64,000 nt of DNA, taken from NCBI GenBank assembly GCA_036785375.1, contig JAWMAR010000016.1:7378001-7442000 (forward strand), read 5' to 3'. Below, piece after piece: positions 25,961 through 39,384 of the stretch. The notes below the pieces were generated by a model, which ran no database searches, was not told where the DNA came from, and saw only the letters and a program-made list of their open reading frames with translations. This DNA is from Leucoraja ocellata. Taxonomy: Eukaryota. A program made the translations under genes and the position numbers. Every line of letters starts with the position of its first letter. The first letter of the stretch is position 1.

Positions 25961-26746
25961 AGGACATTATTAAACCTTAAACCTATGATTAAGTTAATTA
26001 TGATTAAACCTCTAGTCCTCGGTTCCCCAATCTGGGCAAGAGATCTACCTGATCTATTCCTCTCATGATCTTATACATCTTTATTAGATCACCCCTCAAC
26101 CTCCTGCACTCCAAGGAATAGAGCCCCAGCTGACTCAACCTCTCCCTATAGCTCAGAACCTCTAGTCCTGGCAACATCCTCGTAAATCTAAGTTTTGTTT
26201 AGTTGCAAATCTTGGGACACGTAAAATAAAGTTAGAAAATACAAGAATTATTCAGGTCAGGCAGCATCCGTGGAACGAGAAACAGTTAGCCATTCAGAAT
26301 AAAGAATATTCTTTGATTTTAAATTGCTATTAAGATATGTGATGGGAATTGCAAGACTGAGGTGCTACAGCACCACTGGTGGGAGGGTGTAACTATGACA
26401 ACTTCATGCAGGCAGCAATGGAGTCATAGAATTTAAAATGGAGAGCAATGAAACTGAAAATGTTACAACACCAAGCTGGAGTATTTTTGAAGAGCATATG
26501 TACAGACCTAGGATTTTTAATTTATTTCACGGAGAGTTGCATATTTACATTGTGAAAACATAGTGGTACAATTACTGATTTGTCCTACTAGAAAATTAAA
26601 GTATTTTGAGTTGCATATGCCAGGGTGTAATATCGATGCATGCAGTTTTATCACAGGTGCAAGTGTGATGGATTAAAGGCATCATTTGCTAACATAATGA
26701 AGAACTTTAAACTGCATTGACTCAAGTGTGATTTTTTTTCTAACAG

Positions 26747-26912
26747 GCTGAAACTCCCCAGTGTGCATTTTTTCCAGGGGATATTATAATTTTATAACAT
26801 CAGAGATGCTCATAACAATATTGAGAGCAGCCTCCATGATCTCCAGCTCTGTGAGGGAGAAGCTGAATGCTTCTATGGGAGGGAACTGGGAGAAAACAGT
26901 CCCTCGGCTGAG
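26747..26912 (+). other. Candidate non-coding 3' exon of APOBEC2
   Basis: Strong acceptor ttttttttctaacag|G and donor GAG|gtaaat in unique sequence. A donor G|gtgagg lies 4 nt after the APOBEC2 stop. Confidence 0.35.
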
Positions 26913-27365
26913 GTAAATATCCAACATAAAAAGTTACGGAATATTACAAAGCAACCATATTTTGCAAGTATATTTTAAAAACCCATATCAAATAGTGGCT
27001 GTGAAAGCCTGGAAATAATCCCTACCCTAGGTGCAACAGTGTCACAATGGCTTCATCACTAACAAAAGGTGATGTGAAAATGGAACAAAATGGCATGGTG
27101 AATTTACACCTCGGGTATCTCTACACGCATAATGCTGTTCAAATGTCGAATGTAAAAAAATTATACCTTCTGATAACTGGATAGAGCAGCCATTTTATAT
27201 TATTACATCAGCCTAGCTAGTCATTGTCCTCATTACAACCCAAGTCTTTGGTGTTGTAAAACTCTCCCTCCATTTCAAATGCACTTTTAAAATTCCACAC
27301 TGCTGTGGAGGCCAAGTCAATGGATATTTTTTTAAGGAGGAGATTGACAGATTCTTGATTAGTAA

Positions 27366-27841
27366 AGGGGCCGTCTCACTTGGGCGACCTAATTGCCGAG
27401 TTTAGGAGTTTGAAAAAAAAATGTCATGTTGAAGACCTCCTTCGACTATGTTGAAGACTGGCTTCGACTAGCTACAACTAACTTCTGGAAAATTGGACAC
27501 CGAATAGTGGAGAGCGAAGGCGACCTTCGACTATGTTGAAGACTACCTTCGACTATCCTCAATTACTTACGACTAACATGACGACGTATTACGACAAATG
27601 CTACGAGTAAAAAAGCATCGATTTTTTCCATTGCAACATTTTTTTACTGGCGGGCATTTTTTAACATATTGAAAAAATCGCCGCGACCTAGCTGAGGCCT
27701 CGAGTATGCGGAGACCACTCTCGAGCATGAAGGAGATACGAAGACCTCCTACGACCTCGTGTTGACCATGCTGCGAGTATGAGTTGAGGGCAAACTCGCC
27801 TGAACTCGCGGATTAGGTCGCCCAAGTTTGACACAGGCCCT
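27366..27841. mobile_element. PIF/Harbinger-type MITE inserted in a CR1 3' end
   Basis: TAA duplication at 27363-27365 and 27842-27844; imperfect TIRs; internal cttcgacta repeats. Confidence 0.75.
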
Positions 27842-29484
27842 TAAGGATGTCAGGGGTTATGGGGCGAAGGCAGGAAAATGGGGCTGAAAGGGAAAGATAG
27901 ATCAGCCACAATTGATTGGCGGTTGAGACCTGATGGGCCAAATGGCCTTATTCTGTTCCTAGAATGTATGAACAGGTTTCCCTCAAATAATCAGTCTTTT
28001 AGATCTTTTTCCATTTTTACAATATGGAAATTCTGATATTTTTTTTAAATGATGTTTCACTTATTTAAATTTACATTGTCTACTTTTCTAGTTTGCTAAA
28101 AGCAACAATTTAAAACACAATTTAATGTTTGACATTATTCAAATACATCCTGTTTCTTATGTTGATAGGTAGAGAAGGTGACACTTCAAGGAAACTTGGA
28201 TTCCATGTAAATTGATCATAACTATGTCATGGAGATATGGAAACATTTGAAAAGACTAAATAGATTCCTGCCATCCCATATAGATGGGCTAGAGGATGGC
28301 GTGATCTTGAAGAAGTGCTGAATAGATTTACCATAGTAATACATTGATTTCAAATTTTAAATTGAAAGGGGATTTTACACAAAGATTACATTCCATTGAA
28401 TTTAAAAGATTCCAGAATGATTATACTCTGCAAGATCTTAAGGGAAACTGATAAGGATAAACTATTTTTGATGGTTCTAGGGATCTCTGACAAAGGACAT
28501 TGCTAAGAGTTAGAACATGGTTTTTCAGATTTACCGTGGGAGAGATTCAACGTACTGACAAATATGGACTTCTCAGTACATGTATTTTCACACATGTATC
28601 AATTACTAAATTCAAATCTTTGACAGATTTTTATGGGGTGGTATTAAGGAACATAAGTCAATGGTGGGTATATGAAGTTAGTTTGCAGGCGAGGTTAAAT
28701 AGAAAAGCTGCCTTGAGAGGAAAAGCACCCAATTCTGTTTCTCCCCTTCTGAATGAAAAGTTCATAGAATGTACTCACACTTTTGTGATATGCAGTAATT
28801 GGATTGAAATGTTCTATTCAGGACATTCAACTAGCAGGGGAAAGCTTTTAGTACTCGCTTGCAAACAAATGGTTAATATATAGAGGACAATTTGCAGCCC
28901 TGTTGAGAGAGATTTCTGTCCATACTGCAGTATCACAATCATATACGAGGGAACTCGATACGTAGCATCAGCTGTTCCTTTCAAGTTCAGTTTTCATTCC
29001 ATCAGATTGTCTCTGGCAACAGCAGCTATTTTTGTTTCATTTCAACTTTGGAAGATTTACGGTTTCATTGAACCAAGGTTATAATTGTTTGGTGGTTTGA
29101 AATCATGTTTCTTTCAAGAGCCATCTTAGCAAAATATTTTAAGCAGTTGTTTTTCGCAAATACAGAAAACATGCACAGATCAGACTTTGAAATCAAAGTG
29201 ACGTGAAGCGATACAACAATGCATATACCCCTCGTTATAATGAACCATAGTGGGGGTGGGGCGAGGAAATGGTAGCAGTTATTGGTGATTGTCCGCTATA
29301 ACCAAAGGGGGTAAATATGTACATTATTGGAAAAACGACCAATAAACACACTAATCAATCAATAAATAGGAAAGGCCACAAATTACATAACACTTTAAAC
29401 ATTGTAAATAAAAGTTTGCATACTGTAAGATTTGCTCCAACCATCTCGTGGTCGCTCTGTAAAACAACAAACTCAGTCAATGGA

Positions 29485-31095
29485 CAATAATCAATAGACA
29501 ATCGGTGCAGGAGTAGGCCATTCGTCCCTTCGAGCTAGCACCGCCATTCACTGTGATCATGGCTAATCATCCATAATTAGCACCCCAATTCCTGCCTTCT
29601 CCCCATTTCCCTTCACTCCTCTATCTTTAAGAGATCTATCTAACTCGCTCTTGAAAGCCTCCAGAGAATTGGCCTCCAATGCCTTCTGAGGCAGAGAATG
29701 ACAGATTCACAACTCTCTGTGTGAAAAAGTTTTCCCTCATCTCCGTTCTAATTGGCTTACCACTGATTCTTAAACTGTGGCCCCTGGTTATAGAAAATAG
29801 ACAATAGGTGCAGGGGTAGGCCATTCAGTCCTTCGAGCCAGCACCACCATTCAATGTGATCATGGCTGATCATCCCCAATCAGTACCCCGTTCCTGCCTT
29901 CTCCCATATCCCCTGACTCCGCTATCTTTATGAGCCCTATCTAGCTCTCTCTTGAAAGTATCCAGAGAACCGGCCTTCACCGCGCTCTGAGGCAGAGAAT
30001 TCCACAGACTCACAACTCTGTGTGAAAGTGTTTCCTCGTCTCCGTTCTAAATGGCTTACCCCTTATTCTTAAACAGTGGCTCCTGGTTCTGGACTCCCCC
30101 AACATCGGGAACATGTTTCCTGCCTCTAGAGTGTCTAAACCCTTAATAATCTTATATGTTTCAATAAAATTCCCTCTCATCCTTCCAAACTCCAGAGTAT
30201 ACAAGCCTAGGCGCTCCATTCTCTCAGCATATGATAGTCCCGCCATCCCGGGAATTAACCTTGTACACCTACGCTGCACTCCCTCAATAGCAATAATGTC
30301 CTTCCTCAAATTAGGGGATCAAAACTGCACACAATACTGCAGGTGTAGTCTCACTAGGGCCCTGTACAACTGCAGACAACCTCTTTGCTCCTATACTCAA
30401 CTCCTCTTGTTATGAAGGCCAACATGCCATTTGCTTTCTTCACTGCCTGCTGTACCTGCATGCTTACTTTCATGAACAAGGACCCCCCAGATCTCGCTGT
30501 ACGTCCCCTTTTCCCAACTTGACACCATTCAGATAATAATCTGCCTTCCTGGTTTTGCCACCAAAGTGGATAACCTCACATTTATACACATTAAACTGCA
30601 TCTGCCCACTCACCCAACCTGTCCAGCTCACCCTGGATCCTCGTAGCAGCCTCCTCACAGTTCATCCTGCCACCCAGCTTTGTGTCATCTGCAAAGTTGC
30701 TAATGTTACTTTGAATCCCTTCACCTAAATCATTATTGTATATTATAAATAACTGCGGTCCCAGCACCGAGCCTTGCGGTACCCCACTAGTCACTGTCTG
30801 CCATTCTGAAAGGGACCCGTTTATCCCTACTCTTTGTTTCCTGTCTGCCAACCAATTTTCTATCCATGTCAGTACCCTACCCCCATTACCACGTGCTCTA
30901 ATTGTTCCCACTAATCTCCTATGTGGGATCTTATCAAATGCTTTCTGAAAGTTCAGGTACACTACACCCACTGGCTCTCCCATGTCCATTTTCCTAGTTA
31001 CATCCTCAAAGAATTCCAGAAGATTAGTCAAGCATGATTTCCCCTTCGTAAATCCATGCTGACTAGGACCAATCCTGCTTCTGCTATCCTAATGT
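29485..31095 (-). mobile_element. Two tandem CR1 fragments inside a Tigger/pogo-like relic (about 29222-31203)
   Basis: RT motifs (NFQKAFDK, GVPQGSVLGP, NFADDTKL). Flanks carry CCTCGTTAT / ATAACGAGG terminal-repeat-like motifs. Confidence 0.85.
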
Positions 31096-32501
31096 GCCAA
31101 ATGTCCTTTGTTCCTGTACGAATGGATGCCTCAGTTCCAACAGATTTTGTCCACTGTAATAAAATATGTTTTAAATAGGTCTGTAATAACGAGGATTAAC
31201 TGTAGTCTAAAGCCTGCAGTTAGTTACTATTTCAAGATCACAGTTTGAAAAGTAATTTCATTTCATCGAAAACTTAGATTTAAGATAGTCTGCTTTATTT
31301 CCCCCCCTGTAAATGTTTTTCTTGCTCATCATTTTTATTAAAAAAAGGCAAAATACATAATAAAAATTGGTAGTAAAAAGTATTAAATGCAACAATTATT
31401 TTGTATGTAGACAAAAGTGCTGGAGAAACTCAGCAGGTGCGGCAGCATCTAAGTAGCGAAGGGAATAGGCAACGTTTCGAGCCAAAACCCTTCTTTAGAT
31501 GATAATTCTTCATAACCCTTATCATGATATTGCATGAAACAATTTCATAAAGTTGAGGCCAACAAATGATTTCACCTGTTGTTGGTGCGCTCAAAAAAAA
31601 TTTGTATTTTGTGCTCCAACCACATAAGGTTCCCCTCATAATAGGGAACTGGGAATAGCTCAAGCAAAGCCATGAACCTATGCTACGTACCAGTGTTTTC
31701 CCACATGAGGTTTCTCCGAGATCTTCGGTTTCCTCCCACACTCCAAGATGTACAGGTTTGTAGGTTAATTGACCTGGTATGTGTAAATTGTCCCTAGTGT
31801 TTGCTAATGGCATTAATGTGGAGGGGTCGCTGGTCAGTGCAGACTCGGTGGGCCGAAAGGCCTGTTTCTCTAAACTAAACAAGTCTTGATTTTCTTTGAA
31901 AAAATCAGCTGTGTCAGCTTTTGCAGGGTGAAGAGTCCAAGGAATGAAATACTGCACGCCGGGGCAATCCAGGCAGCACTGCAATGAGGATGGAAGCTGT
32001 TTCAATTATGCGGGAGGAAAGAGCTGTCTGCAATCGGCACCAATTTAATCCACGTATAACTATCTGGCCAAGAACATTTAGCAAATAAGTGTGTGATTCT
32101 GCACCTAGAAATTAATCTGCTCGCAAACAAACAAAGACTAATTTCACCCATCATGGATAACGTGCTAAGGCACTGCTGCTTGTCTGAGCCTGGATGTCAC
32201 ATGTTCAAACCTTATTTCAGAGACTTCAGCACTTCAAATTTTAGTGCAATCCCAAGAACATTTCTGCATTGTCAAAATTTAAACAACTCTATTTGTGCTC
32301 TCATGTGACCATAACTCAATGCAAGTTCAACGAACAGCACAGCAAGGGACTTGGAGTCCTGACGGATATTAATCACACTAATAATCACAATCAGAATTAG
32401 TCCACAGAACATAAGTCAAAAGCCCTGCTTGCTAAACTCTACCAACATTGTCTATTAACTGTTACATGTAAATAACTGCGTATTACTTCTCTTTATTATA
32501 G

Positions 32502-32900
32502 AATATTCAGTGCTTTCAAAGCCAAATACTTCAACTCCATTTGGCGCAGTGGGACCGGGGGAGAGAAACCAAACTCATATATTTTATTTCACTTGGACTG
32601 AACTGAGAGAGTTGCTTTCGCTTCTCATCGTGCATCACAAGTTTATTGAACATGTTCTGATCGTCTTCTACTTCAGTTCATAGATGGTAGCTAAAGTGAT
32701 ATGTTCCAATGAAGAGAAAGTTCTAAGCTACCCAATAATGAGCGGAACATTTCATAGTGTAGGTTTACAATAAGGTAATAAAAAGTTGTTTCAGACATAG
32801 AATGCCAATGTAGTGAATCTTATTGCGCTTATTTTAGTATCCAAAATACATCCTGCTACTTTGTGCCGTACAATAAAACATTGGCTGTATTTTTGTGCTG
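32502..32900 (+). terminator. Candidate APOBEC2 terminal exon with AATAAA at 32777-32782 and 32872-32877
   Basis: Pyrimidine-rich acceptor ttacttctctttattatag|; two poly(A) signals, the second followed by a GT/T-rich tract. Confidence 0.3.
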
Positions 32901-34944
32901 CTCATTTCTTTCATTTGAAGTGCAAATGTCTCTGCAGGCATCTCATCTCCAAAGACCAATCATAACTAAAATTTTAGAACCCTGATTTCAGGATTCCCAA
33001 TAGGATAGAAATGAAAATCCTATGATCTACAAAAAAGTGAATTTCACACCTGATCGATAACCAACCTGGTCAGATGATTAACTTTATACCGCCTGTACAA
33101 CATCCAAGGTGGACGCAAAAAGCTGGAACAGCTCAGTAGGTCAGGCTACATCTCTGGAGGAAAGGAAAAGGTAATATTTCAAGTCGAGATCCTTCTTCAG
33201 ACTGAGTCATGCAGAGGGAAACGAGAGATACGTAAAGTTACAGGGAACAAATGAATGAAAGGTATGCAAAAGGACAAATCAAAGCTAGCAACAATGTTCA
33301 AAGAAAGGTGGAGCCACATTGCTCCATCGTTGGCTGTGGAGGTGATAGCGAGTGATACAGTGAAATTAAGCAGGACAACAGTGAGTTATAGTATAACGCC
33401 TGTAATTATTATGTTAAAATTTTTTCAGATTATAACGTAATAATAAGGACAATAATATTGCAAGGATAACCAAGATTATGGGTAGTGATATTTGCTCTTT
33501 GTTACTCTGTTATGGACCTGTGAGGTTCACTATGCTGGTCCAGTTGCCTTGGAATAAATACGTTACAAATTAAAAATATTTGATTGATTTTGGGTGGCCT
33601 GTTGTGTATCCCAACAACCAGATGAAACAGAAGCAGCTGTTGTTAAGGAGGTTCACCAGGGCACACATCCATGACTGTCAAATAAGATTTCAATCAAGAA
33701 TTTTGTCATCGGAGCACATTAAGAGTGTTTCTTAACCTACAAAAAATAAAGATACAGTTGATTTGTTCTCTTGCAAAGAACAAAGGATGAGTGATCAAGC
33801 ATGTTAATATCAAAAACCCTGGTTGGCAGAGAATGATGTGTGGATGTAGAGGCAGGTGTCTTCCTCCGTCACCCTAGTGAGACAAAAGACAAACTGGGGA
33901 ACCTTGTATTCTGCTTGGGTAGCTTGCAATTCAATGGCATGAATATTCTCCTACACCCCCTTTCCCTTGCACACAAAAAAAATGCTTAAGAGGGACAGGC
34001 CCATAAGCATTCAAGTCTGGAAAGGAATAATATATATAGGCAGATACAAAAATAATTTGAGGTGTCAACAATATTTCCACACAAGTTTTGGTGGGAAGAC
34101 CGATATTCAGATGCACTATAACACCACATCAAATGTATCTGGACAAACAAGACCATATTAGATTGATAATCAAACAAGAGTTCTCTATATTCAGCGGCAA
34201 GACAAAATTGCAGCTTAATCATACCATACTTCATAAAACAAAAAACTACCAGTCCTTATAAATGTAAAATTCACACAATGAAAAATATTCTAAAACATCT
34301 AGAATTCTAGCTTGCTGTCATTTTCTAGACCAATTTGCTGATGCAATTTTCATTTGCTTCAAGGCCCATCATTTTGTCATTCAATGGCTCCTGCCATCAA
34401 ATGCTTCTTAGACTAGTTTCAGTCTCCTCCTAATGTGCTATATTGAAGAGAACGTGTTTCCACTCATTAAATTTAATTTTGATTGCAATTCTACTGTTTT
34501 ACCTTGCATATTCAAACTTTGATCTGTAGTCAGATTTTGGCAATGTATTTAGTGAGCATTGATGGTGTACTGAGTGACCTTACCTGTGGGGTTAGCAAGT
34601 TGTAATGGGCAGACAGCCGAACAAATGCTGAATCATTCCATGTCTATTAGTAGCAGTATCAGTTTACCAGACTAGCTGGCAACTCCTTCAAGCCAGCAGC
34701 ATGCTGTCAATATTTTAAATAGAACTGAAAAACATTGAGATGAAAGAGATAGTAGTTACATGGAAGCTGTATGGCTAACGGTCAAAGCAGACATTAGTGG
34801 TCAGGAAATGTTTTCAGACTCAGGGAAAATAGTGACGTTTCCTAATGGCCACTATTGGAACTACTGTTGTATTTAATACATTTTTAATTTGCAAACAGAC
34901 ATTAATTTCAAACTCTGCAGGCAAGACAAAACTCAAATGCAGTA

Positions 34945-36075
34945 CATTAAAGCACAAGGCATTGGGGGTTCAGTATTGATGTGGATAGAGAACTGGCTGG
35001 CAAACAGGAAGCAAAGAGTAGGAGTAAACGGGTCCTTTTCACAATGGCAGGCAGTGACTAGTGGGGTACCCCAAGGCTCAGTACTGGGACCCCAGCTATT
35101 TACAATATATATTAATGATCTGGATGAGGGAATTGAAGGCAATATCTCCAAGTTTGCGGATGACACTAAGTTGGGGGGCAGTGTTAGCTGTGAGGAGGAT
35201 GCTAGGAGACTGCAGGGTGACTTGGATAGGCTGGGTGAGTGGGCAAATGTTTGGCAGATGCAGTATAATGTGGATAAATGTGAGGTTATCCATTTTGGTG
35301 GCAAAAACAGGAAAGCAGACTATTATCTAAATGGTGGCCGATTGAGAAAGGGGGAGATGCAGCGAGACCTGGGTGTCATGGTACACCAGTCATTGAAGGT
35401 AGGCATGCAGGTGCAGCAGGCAGTAAAGAAAGCGAATGGTATGTTAGCTTTCATTGCAAAAGGATTTGAGTATAGGAGCAGAGAGGTTCTACTGCAGTTG
35501 TACAGGGTCTTGGTGAGACCACACCTGGAGTATTGCGTACAGTTTTGGTCTCCAAATCTGAGGAAGGACATTATTGCCATAGAGGGAGTGCAGAGACGGT
35601 TCACCAGACTGATTCCTGGGATGTCAGGACTGCCTTATGAAGAAAGACTGGATAGACTTGGTTTATACTCTCTAGAATTTAGAAGATTGAGAGGGGATCT
35701 TATAGAAACTTACAAAATTCTTAAGGGGTTGGACAGGCTAGATGCAGGAAGATTGTTCCCGATGTTAGGGAAGTCCAGGACAAGGGGTCACAGCTTAAGG
35801 ATAAAGGGGAAATCCTGTAAAACCGAGATGAGAACTTTTTTCACACAGAGAGTGGTGAATCTCTGGAACTCTCTGCCACAGAGGGTAGTTGAGGCCAGTT
35901 CATTGGCTATATTTAAGAGGGAGTTAGATGTGGCCCTTGTGGCTAAGGGGATCAGGGGGTATGGAGAGAAGGCAGGTACGGGATACTGAGTTGGATGATC
36001 AGCCATGATCATATTGAATGGCGGTGCAGGCTCGAAGGGCCGAAGGGCCTACTCCTGCACCTAATTTCTATGTTT
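34945..36075 (+). mobile_element. Young CR1 LINE, 5'-truncated, uninterrupted RT C-terminal frame
   Basis: ORF 34889..35989: [44 protein letters not shown]; CR1 3' UTR. Confidence 0.95.
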
Positions 36076-36639
36076 ACATTGAATATACTAAGATCTTCAG
36101 ACGGAAGTGATGGGCTTGGGAAGGGGAGGGATTAAGTTTCACAGCAATGTTTAGTAATTTATTTGTATATTGCCTCATCTATTTCAACAATACAAAACAA
36201 TTTTGAATGATAAGTAGGAACAGGGGTCTTAGACACAGATAAATAAGTCACTGAAGTTGGCAAGCAAAACATCAGGCTGTTGTAAAAATGGCAGAGTCCC
36301 TCCTTACTGAAAGTTACATGCTATATAAAAATATATTCAACTTATGAAATACTGGTGCTGGCAGATTCTTTAGACCAGTTCAGGAAAGTATAAAAGTTTT
36401 ATGAGGTGCGAGGGCTGTATTAAAGTGGAGAAAGAAAATTGAGCCATTTTTATTATCAAAGTATTAAAGTGAGATGGATAGAGCTTCAAATCATGTGGTT
36501 GTGAACGAGCCTGCGAGATGTTTCCAATTGCAAAAAGATTGATATTTAAGGTGCAGCTCTTATATATGTTTAAGTAAATTGATGAAAATAAATATAGGTA
36601 GATACCTTTATGCAGAATTTTGATTTTGTGCACCACATA

Positions 36640-38229
36640 CAGTGCCCTCCATAATGCTTGGGACAAAGACACATTATTTATTTATTTGCCTCTGTACTCC
36701 ACAATTTGATATTTATAACAGGAAAAAAAATCACATATGGTTAAAGTACACATTGTTAGATTTTAATAAAGGCCATTTTTATACAGTTTGGTTTCACCAT
36801 GTAGAAATTACAGCAGTGTGTATACATAGTCCTCCCCATTTCAGGGCACCATAATGTTTGGGACACAGCAATGTCATGTAAATGAAAGTAGTCATGTTTA
36901 GTATTTTGTTGCATATCCTTTGCATGCAATGACTGCTTGAAGTCTACGATTCATGGACATCACCAGTTGCTTGGTGTCTTCTCTGGTGATGCTCTGCCAG
37001 GCCTGTATTGCAGCCATCTTTAGCTGATCCTTGTTTTGGCGGCTAGTCCACTTCAGTTTTCTCTTCAGCATATAAAAGGCAAGCTCAATTGGGTTCAGAT
37101 CAGGTGATTTACTTGGCCACTCAAGAATTGGCCATTTTTTAGCTTTGAAAAACTCCTTTGTTGGGATCATTGTCTTGCTGTAGAATGAACCGCCGGCCAA
37201 TGAGTTTTGAGGCATTTGTTTGAACTTGAACAGAATTCATTATGCTACTACCATCAGCTGTTCTATCATCGATGTAGACAAGCGAGCCAGTGCCTTCAGC
37301 AGCCATACATGCCCAGGCCATAACACCCCCACTACCGTGTTTCACAGGTGAGGCGGTATGCTTTGGATCTTGGGCAATTCCTTCTCCTCCATACTTTGCC
37401 CTTGCCATCACTCTGATATAGGTTAATCTTCGTCTCATCTGTCCACAAGACCTTTTTCCAGAACTGTGGTTGCTCTTTTAAGTACTTCTTCGCAAACTGT
37501 AACCTGACCATCCTATTTTTGAAGCTAACCAGTGGTTTGCACCTTGCAATGTAGCCTCTATATATCTCTGCAAGAAGTCTTCTGAGGACAGTGGTCGTTG
37601 ACAAATCCACACCTGAAGAATGTTTCTGGATCAGTCGGACAGGTGTTTGGGGATTTTTCTTTATTATAGTTAGAATTCTTCTGTCATCAGCTGTGGAGGT
37701 CTTCCTTGGCCTGCCAGTCCCATTGCGATTAATAAGGTCACCAGTGCTCTCTTTCTTCTTAATGATGTTCCAAACAATTGAATTTGGTAAGCCTAAGGTT
37801 TGGCTCATGTCTCTAACAGTTTTATTCTTGTTTCTCAGTCTCATAATGGCGTATTTGACTTTCATTGGCACAACTTTGGTCCTCATGTTGATAAACAGCA
37901 ATAAACGTTTCCAGAGGTGATGGAAAGACTTGAGGAAAGACTAGGTGCTGAGAGCTTTCTTATACCTGCATTAAGGAGGCAATTACAAACACCTGTGAAG
38001 CCACGTGTCCCAAACATTATGGTGACCTGAAATGGGGGGACTATGTATAAACACAGCTGTAATTTCTACATGGTGAAACCAAAATGTATAAAAATGGCCT
38101 TTATTAAAATCTGACAATGTGCACTTTAACCACATGTGATTTTTTTCTATTTCAAATCTCAAAATTGTGTAGTACAGAGGCAAATAAAAAAATGATGGGT
38201 CTTTGTCACAAACATTATGGAGGCCACTG
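36640..38229 (-). mobile_element. Full-length Tc1-family DNA transposon (1590 bp), IR/DR-type termini, frameshifted transposase
   Basis: TA|CAGTGCCCTCCATAATG ... CATTATGGAGGCCACTG|TA; about 230-bp inverted repeats; motifs GRPRKT, VLWTDETK, QQDNDP and SPDLNPIE spread over ORFs 37332..37901, 37139..37438 and 36898..37215. Confidence 0.95.
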
Positions 38230-39095
38230 TAAAAGAGTCCACTCAGGTTTAATGAAGTGATCAGACTGCACTAGAATAGAGTATACCCTAGGTCTGGCAT
38301 TCAATGTAATTATGGTCAACATTTCACATCAGCACCATCTTGGCTGCATTCCAACTTACCTCTTGAAAACACAACGAACAGTATAACATTCACTGGGTAG
38401 AGAACAAATATTTACAACTCTGTGAAGAAATGTTTCTTATGTTGAGATTATGACCTCCAGCTCTCGCATTGAAAACTCTAAAAAGAGACAATGCTATAAT
38501 TCCCCTCACTTCAAACTCTTCACTCAAACTTTCCAAATTCTTTATTTAGTATTATGTACACGCATATTATTACATGCAGTTTGCAACAGAATCACACTCT
38601 TTGATGTGGTTCCATCACTGAATGCATACATCCATTTACATAGCATGTATTGCTAGGGATGGGTGGGGGGAGGGGTGGGGGAAGGATGGGGAGAGGAGAA
38701 AATACATCATATAATCACCAATTAACTAATAATAAAAACTGGAGCTTTGAGCTTGCAACTCATCTCCCCCAAGCAAAATGATTCATTAGAGTTTACAGAA
38801 TAAATTGACTATCAATCTGTGCTGTTCATCCATCCCACTGACATGACTGTGGAATACCGATTCCCGGATCCAAGGCCAGAGCATCTTGCACTTGCCCCAA
38901 TTCCAGCTCGTATCAATCCCTTGTTGCTTAATATGTAGATAGAAATACAACCGTCTATTTGTTAATGTACATTGAGAAAGCTGGCTCAGATACTCCTCCT
39001 TTACAAATGAAAGATAAACATAACTCTTCAGATACCTACCTTCATTCCATAATCCAACATTTCAGGACCTGTTAACACCAATGTCTACTTGGTAT

Positions 39096-39384
39096 TTATG
39101 GCACTTTTAAAAGATGATTGAATTGCGTTTGCAGGCCCTGAACGGCGGTGGGGGGTGGCTTTAGGGGGGAAAAACGGTGGCCCGTTCGCACCCTCCGCAC
39201 CCCCCCTTCGGACGGCCATGGTTTCTCATTAAAAGCACCCTTTGTCCTTTTACAGGTTTGCGGCAACCCTACAGCAGGATTCTCTAGAGAGTACACAGTG
39301 ATGACAATATTCGTGTCCTTAAAAACATCTTGAATTCTCGCAGCAACTGCGTTCCAATTCAGTTTGTCTAATCCACAACCAATC
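39096..39384 (-). CDS. OARD1: OARD1 last coding exon (IGCGLDKLNWNAVAARIQDVFKDTNIVITVYSL + 62-aa extension, stop TAA)
   Basis: Acceptor ttttctttaaag|G, phase 2, completes AG+G=Arg. GCGLD macrodomain motif present. The frame stays open to 39096 (matches ORF 39096..39296). Confidence 0.92.

Noticed and set aside
34889-35989. 366-aa ORF as a host or domesticated gene
   Set aside because: It is a 5'-truncated young CR1 RT fragment, near-identical to other copies; its first residues come from flanking DNA.
39130-39220. Defined MITE inside the OARD1 extension
   Set aside because: GC-rich, but no convincing TIR pair or target-site duplication.
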